From Bacteroidia bacterium (GTDB taxonomy: Bacteria; Bacteroidota; Bacteroidia; UBA10329), in NCBI GenBank assembly GCA_047611425.1, contig JBLFWJ010000001.1, forward strand, positions 4,038-68,037: a stretch of 64,000 nt of DNA, read 5' to 3'. Positions within the stretch are counted from its first letter, which is position 1, and each line of letters begins with the position of its first letter. Positions 29,366 through 38,779 of this stretch are shown piece by piece. A program made the position numbers and the translations under genes. The notes under the pieces are model-generated. The model saw nothing but the letters and a program-made list of their open reading frames with translations. It did no database searches and had not been told where the DNA came from.

Positions 29366-29664
29366 GTGGTTACCAGCTTAGCCTAAGAGCTGTAACAGAT
29401 ATTGAGGAAATATTTCAATTTTCGGTTCTCGCGTTTGGCTTATCTCAAGCTGAAAAGTACCATGCCGAACTTGAAAATGTGTTTGCCACGATTGCTTCAG
29501 ATAACAGGATTGGAAAAACGAGGAGTGAATTACGAATTGGTCTTAGAAGCTTTGCCTACAGAAACCACATAGTCTTCTATAAGATTCTAAAAGATGGGAT
29601 ATTTATATCAAGAGTGCTCCATGGAAGTAAAGATTTGCCAGAGCAATATTTTGGAGATATCTAG
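29362..29664 (+). CDS. parE: Type II toxin, ParE/RelE family
   Basis: 100 aa, translationally coupled to parD. Sequence (...RSFAYRNHIVFYKILKDGIFISRVLHGSKDL) fits the ParE fold pattern. Confidence 0.65.
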   Translation: MSGYQLSLRAVTDIEEIFQFSVLAFGLSQAEKYHAELENVFATIASDNRIGKTRSELRIGLRSFAYRNHIVFYKILKDGIFISRVLHGSKDLPEQYFGDI

Positions 29665-29675
29665 TCCCTACATAA

Positions 29676-32477
29676 CTATCTGAGTTTTCCTTTTAAAGCA
29701 GCGGCTGTATATGAGCCTTTCACTTCCATCAATTCCTCTGGTGTTCCCTGGAAGAGGACTTCCCCACCACGGTCTCCACCTTCGGGGCCAAGATCGATTA
29801 GATGATCGGCACACTTGATCACATCAGGATGATGCTCAATCAACACAATTGTGTGTCCTCGGTCGATCAATGCATAGAACGAGGCAAGCAATTTATTGAT
29901 GTCATGAAAGTGCAGGCCAGTTGTGGGTTCGTCAAAGATGAACATGGTTTTGCCTGCACTTTTTCCTTTCGCAAGGAAGTAGGCCAGTTTGATTCGCTGG
30001 GCTTCACCGCCAGAAAGCGTATTCGAAGATTGTCCCAAACTCACGTAGCCAAGGCCGACATCTTGCAACGGTTGTAGCTTCTTGGCCACTTTAGGTTCAA
30101 ACTTGCCAAAGAAGGCAATGGCATTGTCAACGGTCATGTCAAGCACATCGGCAATACTCTTACCTTGAAACTCGGCTTCGAGTACATCCGACTTAAATCG
30201 TCTTCCATTGCAGTTATCGCACTTCATTACGATGTCTGCCATAAACTGCATCTCAATCCGAACCACACCTTCTCCTTCACACACATCGCAGCGGCCACCA
30301 GCTACATTAAAAGAGAAATGCTTTGGTTTGAATCCGTGTCCTTTGGAAACGGGTAGCTCCGAATACAAAGCCCGAATCTCATCGTATGCCTTTATATAGG
30401 TAACAGGATTACTTCGAGATGATCGGCCGATCGGGTTTTGATCTACAAATTCTACATCCGAGATGCTATCCAATTGCCCATCCAATCGTTCGAATTGTCC
30501 GGTCTTTCCACCAAAACCACCCAAGTGCCGTTTCAGAGCAGGGTGGAGGATATTCCGAACAATGGTGCTCTTGCCAGAACCACTAACTCCCGTAATCACG
30601 CTCATGGCGTTCAGAGGAAAACTGACGTTCACATTTTTCAAGTTGTGCTCTCGAGCGCCTAAAACATGAATGACACCTTTGCCGGGTCTACGCTTTTCTG
30701 GAACGGGAATTTCCATTGCACCGCTCAGGTATTTAGCCGTCAGGGTTGTTCCGTCTTTGTCGATTTCCTTTCTGGTTCCAGTAAACACGACTTCGCCACC
30801 AAGCGTGCCGGCTTCAGGGCCCATATCAATGATCAGATCAGCTGCGTCCATGATGTCCTCATCATGCTCCACAACAATTACAGTATTACCAAGGTCACGA
30901 AGTCGTTCGAGGATAGAGATCAATCGCTCGGTATCTCTAGAATGAAGGCCGATACTCGGTTCATCCAATATGTACATGGATCCTACCAAGCTACTCCCGA
31001 GGGAAGAAGCAAGGTTTATCCGTTGTGATTCTCCACCGGAAAGAGAGTTGGAAAGTCTATTCAGAGTAAGGAAGCCTAATCCGACATCATCCAAATAGCC
31101 AAGTCGTGATTTGATTTCAGTCATTAACCGTTTGGCTATTTCCTTTTCCGTTTTGTCCAAATCAAGGTTATTGAAAAATGGAATGAGCCTTTCAATGGGG
31201 ATTAGGAGTAGTTCAGAAATGCTCTTGCCACCAATTTTCACGTAGTTGGCATCTTGTCTCAAGCGTGTTCCATCACATTCTGGGCAGTCCGTTCTTCCGC
31301 GGTATCGCGAAAGCATAACCCGATATTGAATCTTGTAGCTCTTTGCTTCCACCATTTTGAAGAAAGCGTTCAACCCACGGAAATGCTCGTTTCCTGTCCA
31401 AAGCAATTTGGACTCCAAGGCACTCAATTCATATATAGGACGATGTATGGGAAAGTCAAACTTGGCCGCATTCATAATCAGCTCTTCTCTCCACTTACCC
31501 ATGGATTCACCTTTCCAGCAAACAATCCCTTCCTCGTAAACACTCTTAGCTCGATCTGGAATCACTAGATCCTGATCAATACCGATTACGCTTCCGAATC
31601 CTTCGCAACGCTTACAAGCACCATAAGGATTATTGAACGAGAACAAGTCAGCGGTTGGCGGTTCGAATTCCATTCCATCCGCCTCGAAGCGGGTAGAGAA
31701 GGAGCGAGGCTCGATTCCTTTGCCTCCATCAATTAATACCAAACAATGGTCATGGCCTTCTTTGAGGCAATTGTCAACGGCATCCACAATTCGCGTTTCA
31801 AGATCCTCGTCATCCTTTCGGACAACCAATCTGTCAATCATAACGTCCAATTCTGAATCTTCAAACTTGGCTTTTGGGTCAATGTCGTCCAATCGTTGGA
31901 CTTCACCATTTAGGCGAATCCGGTCGTTTCCTTGGTTTTGAAGCGTGGAGATTCTCAATGACATCTCTTCAGCCTTAAACTTGCCTAATGGCGCAAACAG
32001 CATCATTTTCGAGCCGTCATCTACTTTCAATAACTCCTTAGTAATCGTAGAAGCCGTGTGCTTCTTCACTTGATTCCCGGAAATAGGGGAAAACGTTCGG
32101 CCAATTCGAGCATACAGCAATTTGATGTAGTCGTAAATCTCTGTACTCGTACCTACAGTACTTCTAGGATTACGCGTGTTTACTTTCTGGTCTATCGCAA
32201 TTGCAGGGGCAATTCCAGTAATTCGATCTACTTCTGGCTTGTCAATCTTGCCCATAAACTGTCGGGCATAAGAAGACAGACTCTCCACATATCGTCTTTG
32301 TCCTTCGGCATAAAGCGTATCAAATGCCAATGATGATTTACCTGATCCAGACAATCCTGTGATCACCACCAGCTGCCCATGAGGAATTTTTACGCTAATA
32401 TTTTTAAGATTATGAACCCTTGCACCAGTAATTTCAATCACATCTGGCACAGAAATGGTGGGTTGTTCATCGATCAT
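29676..32477 (-). CDS. uvrA: Excinuclease ABC subunit A
   Basis: 933 aa with two ABC ATPase modules, zinc-finger CxxC pairs and conserved UvrA signature stretches (ITGLSGSGKSSLAFDTLYAEGQRRYVESLS...). Confidence 0.96.
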   Translation of the reverse strand: MIDEQPTISVPDVIEITGARVHNLKNISVKIPHGQLVVITGLSGSGKSSLAFDTLYAEGQRRYVESLSSYARQFMGKIDKPEVDRITGIAPAIAIDQKVNTRNPRSTVGTSTEIYDYIKLLYARIGRTFSPISGNQVKKHTASTITKELLKVDDGSKMMLFAPLGKFKAEEMSLRISTLQNQGNDRIRLNGEVQRLDDIDPKAKFEDSELDVMIDRLVVRKDDEDLETRIVDAVDNCLKEGHDHCLVLIDGGKGIEPRSFSTRFEADGMEFEPPTADLFSFNNPYGACKRCEGFGSVIGIDQDLVIPDRAKSVYEEGIVCWKGESMGKWREELIMNAAKFDFPIHRPIYELSALESKLLWTGNEHFRGLNAFFKMVEAKSYKIQYRVMLSRYRGRTDCPECDGTRLRQDANYVKIGGKSISELLLIPIERLIPFFNNLDLDKTEKEIAKRLMTEIKSRLGYLDDVGLGFLTLNRLSNSLSGGESQRINLASSLGSSLVGSMYILDEPSIGLHSRDTERLISILERLRDLGNTVIVVEHDEDIMDAADLIIDMGPEAGTLGGEVVFTGTRKEIDKDGTTLTAKYLSGAMEIPVPEKRRPGKGVIHVLGAREHNLKNVNVSFPLNAMSVITGVSGSGKSTIVRNILHPALKRHLGGFGGKTGQFERLDGQLDSISDVEFVDQNPIGRSSRSNPVTYIKAYDEIRALYSELPVSKGHGFKPKHFSFNVAGGRCDVCEGEGVVRIEMQFMADIVMKCDNCNGRRFKSDVLEAEFQGKSIADVLDMTVDNAIAFFGKFEPKVAKKLQPLQDVGLGYVSLGQSSNTLSGGEAQRIKLAYFLAKGKSAGKTMFIFDEPTTGLHFHDINKLLASFYALIDRGHTIVLIEHHPDVIKCADHLIDLGPEGGDRGGEVLFQGTPEELMEVKGSYTAAALKGKLR

Positions 32478-32796
32478 TCGGTTAATATCTGTTAATTGGG
32501 TAAATCGTTAGAACTGAAACAAATCAAGCGCTAACTTGTTGACTATCAGTTTGAATAGTTGCTTTTAGTAGCTTTTGAAGAGTATAAATGTTGTTGCAAT
32601 TGCCTGCAAAAGTAGCCAAACGGGTAACCGCCAATGATAGTAATGAGTAAGTTTGTTTAAGCAACCTGAAAATAATATCGCGTTCATACAATAAGCGCAA
32701 AAAGGTCGCGTTAAATCATACATCAACCAGATAAATCAATCGCCATAAGCAAAAGTTCTACTCTAACTATTTATTCACCATCTAAAGAGGAGAACC

Positions 32797-33381
32797 ATGC
32801 GATTGTCAACGTTAAGCGATTCGGAGCTTATCCGTCTGTATACTTCTGGGAACGAAGCTTGTTTTGAAGAATTGGTAAATCGGCACAAAGACCGGATATA
32901 CACCTATCTGGTATTGTTGCTAAAGAACCGGGATCTTGCCCAGGACTTTTTTCACGATACATTAATTAAGGTTATTCAGTCCTTGAAGAAGGGTAAGTAC
33001 CTTGAAGAAGGAAAATTCAGACCATGGGCATTGCGTATTGCCCACAACTTGGTGATCGATCATTTCAGAAAGCAGCAGAAGATGCGCCTTCAGCGATCAA
33101 CCGATGAGTTCGATGTGTTTTCAACCATCAGCCATGAGGATATGAACGTGGAAGAGGAGATGATACACGACACGATCATCGCAGATATGCGAAAGCTGGT
33201 TACTTTTCTGCCATACGATCAACGGGAAGTTTTGCTGATGAGGATTCACGCCAAGATGAGTTTCAAGGAAATAGCGTGGTTATCTGGAGTGAGTATTAAT
33301 ACAGCTCTTGGGCGTATGCGTTACGCATTGATTAACCTTAGAAAGCTAATGGAAGAGCACAATATCAAGCTTGTGGCTTGA
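32797..33381 (+). CDS. RNA polymerase ECF-type sigma-70 factor
   Basis: Region 2 (..YTYLV.LL.N.DLAQDFFHDTLIKV) and region 4 HTH (FKEIAWLSGVSINTALGRMRYAL..LR). Confidence 0.8.
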   Translation: MRLSTLSDSELIRLYTSGNEACFEELVNRHKDRIYTYLVLLLKNRDLAQDFFHDTLIKVIQSLKKGKYLEEGKFRPWALRIAHNLVIDHFRKQQKMRLQRSTDEFDVFSTISHEDMNVEEEMIHDTIIADMRKLVTFLPYDQREVLLMRIHAKMSFKEIAWLSGVSINTALGRMRYALINLRKLMEEHNIKLVA

Positions 33382-33402
33382 TTAGTAACGGACTTAAATT
33401 GA

Positions 33403-33432
33403 AAGGCGATTCGAAAGAATCGCCTTTTTTTT
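33403..33432 (+). terminator. Rho-independent terminator after the ECF sigma gene
   Basis: aggcgattc-gaaa-gaatcgcct 9-bp stem followed by TTTTTTTT. Confidence 0.65.
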
Positions 33433-33497
33433 ATGCCGTTCACAATAAACCTTAAAAGAGGACGTACTGAAGATGTGACTAACCACAAAACATATAC

Positions 33498-33731
33498 ATG
33501 GATAACACCTCTACCTACCCATTTTCTGACAACAATTTTGAGCCATTGGCCACGCAAGGATTCGATTTGAACGAAGAATGCGAAACTCTTCACATGGTGG
33601 AGGACGCGCTTCGAAACTTGAAATTCACTCCAGATTCTTCTGTTGTTAATCGCGCTTTGGCTTATTCTAAGTCCTACAACCATGCGGAATCCAAGATTAT
33701 TGGAGACGGAATTGGTTTGACTTTGAATTGA
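33498..33731 (+). CDS. Hypothetical 77-aa acidic protein
   Basis: ORF only, no TM segment, no recognisable motif. Confidence 0.2.
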   Translation: MDNTSTYPFSDNNFEPLATQGFDLNEECETLHMVEDALRNLKFTPDSSVVNRALAYSKSYNHAESKIIGDGIGLTLN

Positions 33732-33753
33732 TTCACGTTCTCATCATTGCTGG

Positions 33754-34206
33754 ATGAGTACAACGAATTTCAATATCCGTGTTTACGGGATTCTTTCGGA
33801 TTCTGTAGGACGGATTCTGATTTCCCACGAACGCATTAAGAATCAGGCCTACGTCAAGTTTCCTGGCGGTGGGTTGGAATATGGCGAAGGTCCATCAGCC
33901 GGCCTCAAACGAGAATTTATTGAAGAACTTAATCTGCCAGTTTCGGTGGATGAATTACTTTACACAACTGATTTTTTCATTCAGTCAGCCTTCAAAGAAG
34001 AAGATCAAATTATTAGCATCTACTATCGGGTCTCTTCAATTGAGTTGGATACGATTTCGACAGTGGAACAATGGCCAAGTGATGAATCAGTAATTGAATT
34101 GAAGCAAATTTTTCAGTGGATTATACCTTCTGAGTTGGCAGAGGAACAACTAAATTTCCCCGGGGATCGGGCTTTACTCAAGCACCTGCTAGCAACTCGA
34201 AACTAG
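33754..34206 (+). CDS. NUDIX hydrolase
   Basis: Nudix box GGGLEYGEGPSAGLKREFIEELNL (GX5EX7REUXEEXGU). Confidence 0.7.
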   Translation: MSTTNFNIRVYGILSDSVGRILISHERIKNQAYVKFPGGGLEYGEGPSAGLKREFIEELNLPVSVDELLYTTDFFIQSAFKEEDQIISIYYRVSSIELDTISTVEQWPSDESVIELKQIFQWIIPSELAEEQLNFPGDRALLKHLLATRN

Positions 34207-34216
34207 CAACTTGCTA

Positions 34217-35476
34217 CTAATTATCCGTATAAATCCTTCCCTGACGCCAAGAGTCCACAGCCTGATACCAGCTGTTCTTATAGATTGGTGAACGATCAAG
34301 CTTGTAGTCGTTATCCGTAAACGGATTCTGCATTTTCAGGAAACTCAGATTGAGTGAAGAAACGTGTCCCTCTTCACCGTAGATCCAGATCTCGCTATGT
34401 GAGTTTTTATAGAGGGTATTGGGTGGGCCGTAAACCAAGTAGACCAAACCTCTATCCGTTTTCCAGCCATCTGCGTGAGAGGTAAAATAGGAATTTGCAT
34501 CCTGAACTCTTCCATAGAATTTGCCAATCAAATCTTTTGCTCGTCTGCGGTCGCCAGCAATTTTTAGCCAGAACCGATCGATTGCGACTTTCTTATCCTC
34601 AGCGTCTCTAATCTTCTTGAATTCGTTCTTGCTGTTCAGAATTCGAAGAGGAGCAATCATATGATCCAACTTCTTCACGAACGGAAAATCAGGACTGAAC
34701 CGGAAGAGGGTGAATCCCTGCATAACCGTATCCACCACTTGGATATGATAGAATCCTTCCGCATCGAATGAAACGGGTTGTCCCAGCTGAATTTGAAATG
34801 TGCTGTCGGCAGTAAGGTCGAAAACCTTGTCAGGCTCTACGGAAAACGGTGGTGGCGCAATTGGAAACTCTCTGTCGTAGAAATTGACTGTTGCGTTCGA
34901 ATACTTGCCAGTATTATGACTGATCAGGTATTGACCATCGCTTAGTTTGTCCCCATCCAAAGTGAAGTCCGAATCCGATTTACGAACGGTGAAGAATTGT
35001 CGACAATTGTGATTGCGTCTATCTATTTCAATAAATTTTTGAACCATCAACCCACGGTTATTGTCACGTAGATGGATTTTCAACATGCTTATTTCCCGAG
35101 AAGAAGGCTTTAAATTGATTCTGCCGGAAATGAATTTGCTTTCCTTTTGTTGAGCACTGTCCTTGTATAAAACGACAGTGCTATCCAAGATTGCTACAGA
35201 CGCTAGATCACTCAACACCTCGTATCTCAAACGGAACTCAGAACTGAAATACCCAGACTTCGGGTTTTGCAGATAAAGAAGTTCATTGGAGTTGATTCGG
35301 AAATCTATGTACGATATGGAATCATTGAGGTGCCCAACTACGAACTGCGGATCCAAGATTGGCATGTCTCCATCGTATAGGTATGCCATGTTCTGATTGC
35401 TCACTCGCTCGGTAAAGCAACCCGTGAAGGCAAATCCAAGCCCAATTAGTAGAAAACCAAAAAGCCTATTCATCAA
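34217..35476 (-). CDS. GWxTD domain-containing lipoprotein
   Basis: Lipoprotein signal (LLIGLGFAFTGC) and C-terminal ...GWKTDRGLVYLVYGPP, the defining GWxTD motif. Confidence 0.7.
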   Translation of the reverse strand: MMNRLFGFLLIGLGFAFTGCFTERVSNQNMAYLYDGDMPILDPQFVVGHLNDSISYIDFRINSNELLYLQNPKSGYFSSEFRLRYEVLSDLASVAILDSTVVLYKDSAQQKESKFISGRINLKPSSREISMLKIHLRDNNRGLMVQKFIEIDRRNHNCRQFFTVRKSDSDFTLDGDKLSDGQYLISHNTGKYSNATVNFYDREFPIAPPPFSVEPDKVFDLTADSTFQIQLGQPVSFDAEGFYHIQVVDTVMQGFTLFRFSPDFPFVKKLDHMIAPLRILNSKNEFKKIRDAEDKKVAIDRFWLKIAGDRRRAKDLIGKFYGRVQDANSYFTSHADGWKTDRGLVYLVYGPPNTLYKNSHSEIWIYGEEGHVSSLNLSFLKMQNPFTDNDYKLDRSPIYKNSWYQAVDSWRQGRIYTDN

Positions 35477-36860
35477 TATCTTGTTCTTCGGTCAGTTGTT
35501 TGGGCAATTCCTTTTTAGGCTGAATTCCCATTTTCCTCAATTCCTCTGTTCTTCTAACCAGGTTTCCAGAACCTTGGTTTAGCTTGTTCATGGCCTCGCC
35601 ATATACTTTTTTGGTGGAGTCTAGCCTATCACCAATCTTAATCATGTCTTCCGCAAACCCAACAAACTTGTCGTACAAGGCAGCACTTTTAACAGCAATG
35701 GCCTCTGCATTCTTTGATCGTCTTTCTTGCTTCCATACGGAAGAAACGGTGAATAAGGTCGCCAGTAATGTAGAAGGACTGACAATTACAATCTTCTTGC
35801 TCTGGGCATAATGGAACAACTCCGTGTCTGCCTGAATTGACAAGCTGAAACTTGATTCAATTGGCATGAACATCAGGACATAATCAGGACTATTCAAGCC
35901 AATGCCTTTTTGGTAATTCTTGTCTTGCAAACCTTTTACGTGTGCCTTTACAGAGGTGATGTGTGCCTTAAGATGATGCTCCTTGTCCTCTTCAGAATCA
36001 GAATTGGTGTAGCGTTCGTAAGCAATCATCGACACCTTACTGTCGATAATCAAGTGCTTGTCATCTGGCAAATAGATTACAACGTCAGGCTGAATTCGAT
36101 CACCCTGTTCGTTGTGCATTGAGTCCTGCGTTTTGTACTCTTCACCCTTTACCAAGCCAGAACTTTCGAGGATTCGCTCAAGGATCATCTCACCCCAGTT
36201 CCCCTGCATTTTCTGATCACCTTTCAATGCAGAAGCTAAGTTGTTGGCCTCTTGACTGATTTTTTGATTCAGCTCCATCAGCTGTTTGATCTCGCCTTTC
36301 AATTCAGCTTTCTCCTTCTTTTCCTCTCCGTAATTGCGTTCAACCTTCTCCTCAAAGTCTTTAATGCGTTCGCGTAATGGCTTTAAGATTGACTCAATAT
36401 TATCCTTGTTCTTTTCTGTGAACTTCTCCGATTTCTCTTCCAATATTTTATTGGCCAGATTCTGAAATTCAGTATTGAATCGCTTGTTCAAATCCTCGAA
36501 CTCTTTCTTCTGATCTGCCTGTCGTTCTTCCTGATCTATGAAATGCTGACGTGAAGAAGCCAGCGACTTTTCAGATTCGTTGAACTTTGACCTAACCTCT
36601 TCTAACTCGGTTTTTAATTGATTACGCTCCTTTATAAGATGAGATTCAGACTGCTCTAACTTCGCATTGATGAGCTGCTGTTCCTGAAGTTTCTCAGTAG
36701 ATTGATTGTCAATCTCTTGCCCGCCTGCCTTCGCTTTCGCAAGTAGAAAACCTACCGCGAATCCAACGCCTAATCCTATCAATAACAACACAACTTCCAT
36801 CAGGGCTTGAAGGTAATAATTAGCTTGTCCATGTTGAGGTTCATACGACCTAAAAACCAT
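35466..36860 (-). CDS. rmuC: DNA recombination protein RmuC
   Basis: N-terminal TM, long coiled coil, C-terminal RmuC domain (...VLMFMPIESSFSLSIQADTELFHYAQSKKIVIVSPSTLLATL...). Confidence 0.8.
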   Translation of the reverse strand: MVFRSYEPQHGQANYYLQALMEVVLLLIGLGVGFAVGFLLAKAKAGGQEIDNQSTEKLQEQQLINAKLEQSESHLIKERNQLKTELEEVRSKFNESEKSLASSRQHFIDQEERQADQKKEFEDLNKRFNTEFQNLANKILEEKSEKFTEKNKDNIESILKPLRERIKDFEEKVERNYGEEKKEKAELKGEIKQLMELNQKISQEANNLASALKGDQKMQGNWGEMILERILESSGLVKGEEYKTQDSMHNEQGDRIQPDVVIYLPDDKHLIIDSKVSMIAYERYTNSDSEEDKEHHLKAHITSVKAHVKGLQDKNYQKGIGLNSPDYVLMFMPIESSFSLSIQADTELFHYAQSKKIVIVSPSTLLATLFTVSSVWKQERRSKNAEAIAVKSAALYDKFVGFAEDMIKIGDRLDSTKKVYGEAMNKLNQGSGNLVRRTEELRKMGIQPKKELPKQLTEEQDIDE

Positions 36861-36913
36861 CCTAGTTGAAGAAGCTATTTGTAAATGGCTTTAATTCAGA
36901 TATTCGCGGGGAT

Positions 36914-37774
36914 ATGCCAAAGCAGATTTTAGAGGAAATGAGTCGGGTAGGGGGGGTTGTCCAACTTCCTGAAGGACGTATGCGTTACGAAGTTGAAGGG
37001 CCAGAGGATGGAGAAGTGATTGTATTGATTCATGGATTGGCCGGACACATGCATATATGGGACAAGAATTTTCACGAGTTGGCGAAAAATGGCTTCCGAG
37101 TCATTCGGTACGACATTTTCGGACGTGGATTCAGCGAGCGAATTGAGCAAGTGCACAATTCAGATTTGTTCGTTGGGCAGTTAAAAGGGCTTGCAGACCA
37201 TTTGTATCTAAAAAAGCCATTTCATCTTATGGGGCTTTCAATGGGCGGAGCCGTATCTATTCGATTTACAAGTGCTTATCCTGAATTGGTGAAGTCGCTG
37301 GTGCTGGTTGATGCATTTGGGATACCCACTCCAAATGATCCGTTATTGCTGATTACTAGGCCAAAGTATTTGGGAGAGGCTTTAATGGGTTCAGTAGGCG
37401 GCCCCTTCATAAAAGCAGCAACTGCGCGTGGTGTAAAAGAACCTAAAAAACACACTGGCTTTAGAAAGTGGTTTACCGCTCCAATGTCCAAGGTTCGATC
37501 TAAACGAGCGCTACTGAGTAGCCTTAGAAACTTTATGGTGGAAGACCATCTTCCACATATCGATAAAGTAGAAAGCCTACCTATCAAGAAATTGATCGTT
37601 TGGGGCGAGCATGATAAAGTGCTTCCGCTCAACTACGGAAAGCAATTACATTCCAAGATTCCATCCGCCAAAATGGAAGTGTTTGAGAATTCCGGACACA
37701 TTCCTCATTATGAGGAGCCAGAACGCTTTAACGAGCTTGTTTCTGGTTTTGTGAACGAACAAATGTCCACGTAA
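36914..37774 (+). CDS. Alpha/beta hydrolase fold protein (start moved to the internal ATG to avoid overlap with the divergent rmuC start)
   Basis: HG..G, nucleophile elbow GLSMGG, C-terminal His (SGHIPHYEEPE). Confidence 0.65.
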   Translation: MPKQILEEMSRVGGVVQLPEGRMRYEVEGPEDGEVIVLIHGLAGHMHIWDKNFHELAKNGFRVIRYDIFGRGFSERIEQVHNSDLFVGQLKGLADHLYLKKPFHLMGLSMGGAVSIRFTSAYPELVKSLVLVDAFGIPTPNDPLLLITRPKYLGEALMGSVGGPFIKAATARGVKEPKKHTGFRKWFTAPMSKVRSKRALLSSLRNFMVEDHLPHIDKVESLPIKKLIVWGEHDKVLPLNYGKQLHSKIPSAKMEVFENSGHIPHYEEPERFNELVSGFVNEQMST

Positions 37775-37790
37775 AAGGTTAAAACAATAG

Positions 37791-38144
37791 ATGAATTGGA
37801 TAGTTAAGATTATAGTTTCCTCGCTGGCCGTAATGTTGGTTTCCTACCTTCTTCCGGGTGTTACAGTAGAAGATTACGCTGCAGCTCTTTGGGTGGCCTT
37901 TGCGCTTTCAATCCTAAATTCGGTTCTCAAACCGATATTGATTCTTCTAACAATTCCGGCCACGATTTTATCGCTTGGCTTGTTCCTTTTCGTTATCAAT
38001 GCCGGCATTATTCTCATTGCGGATTACTTGCTTAGCGGGTTTGGCGTGGATGGATTTTGGTGGGCATTACTCTTCAGTCTGTTGCTTTCGGTGGTTACGT
38101 CTATCCTCGAATCCTCAACTAAGAAAAAGCGTAAGGAGCGTTAA
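37791..38144 (+). CDS. Phage holin family protein (4-TM, PF04020/DUF360-like small membrane protein)
   Basis: 117 aa with four hydrophobic helices and a basic KKKRKER tail. Matches the family NCBI annotates as 'phage holin family protein'. No phage context here. Confidence 0.45.
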   Translation: MNWIVKIIVSSLAVMLVSYLLPGVTVEDYAAALWVAFALSILNSVLKPILILLTIPATILSLGLFLFVINAGIILIADYLLSGFGVDGFWWALLFSLLLSVVTSILESSTKKKRKER

Positions 38145-38246
38145 TCTGCAATTTATTGGGTAGGGAAACGTTCTAGATTTGTCGGGGATGCAACTCGGCA
38201 GACCCGCTCCTCACCATATCAAGGCAGATACAGAGGGGTGGGTTTC

Positions 38247-38771
38247 TTATTTTAGATCTTTTAAATAGATCTCCAAATCGCAGGCCATTTTCAAGTCATT
38301 CTTTGCGTGAGGATATAAATCGGTCATTGTGCAACTAGAATCCAATTTGTACTCTAATCTGGCGTACCAGTTCTGTAAAGCCTGCTTCATTGGAATGACT
38401 GATTCTTCTGGAATCAAAACTTCGCATTGCATTTTGACGCACCCAAGTTCCAACATCAGTTTCTCGCTTGCCTTGTACAAAGACGAGGCGATGCCTTTGC
38501 CTCTTAAATTAGCCGGAACTACCAACATACCGAACCAACCTAAGGATGGGTCAAGTTGTTTTGTGTGCACTACCCCAACGAGATATCCGTCCAAATAAGC
38601 TGAGATGATCTCGCCCTTTTCAATTGATCGGATAATGAAGGCTTCGGAGGTTCTTAAATGGCCATCCTTCCAAACTGGGGCTTCTTCTACCGCATAAACG
38701 TCATTAATCAAATCCGCAATCGCTTTCGAGTCCGAGTTGTTTAATGTGGCTTGATCAATTTTAAGATCCAT
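38247..38771 (-). CDS. GNAT family N-acetyltransferase
   Basis: Acetyl-CoA binding motif ...VVPANLRGKGIASSLYKASE.... Confidence 0.65.
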   Translation of the reverse strand: MDLKIDQATLNNSDSKAIADLINDVYAVEEAPVWKDGHLRTSEAFIIRSIEKGEIISAYLDGYLVGVVHTKQLDPSLGWFGMLVVPANLRGKGIASSLYKASEKLMLELGCVKMQCEVLIPEESVIPMKQALQNWYARLEYKLDSSCTMTDLYPHAKNDLKMACDLEIYLKDLK

Positions 38772-38779
38772 CTTGGATT

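Noticed and set aside
29802-32333. Numerous 60-120-aa +-strand ORFs inside uvrA
   Set aside because: Antisense to a 933-aa UvrA with all signature motifs. No supporting features.
33321-33683. 120-aa minus-strand ORF overlapping the ECF sigma 3' end and its terminator
   Set aside because: Overlaps a confident CDS and a strong terminator hairpin. No domain signature.
38145-38246. Imperfect hairpin (acccgctcctc...gaggggtgggt) between convergent holin-family and GNAT genes
   Set aside because: Stem has mismatches and a long loop, so the terminator call is too weak to list as a feature.
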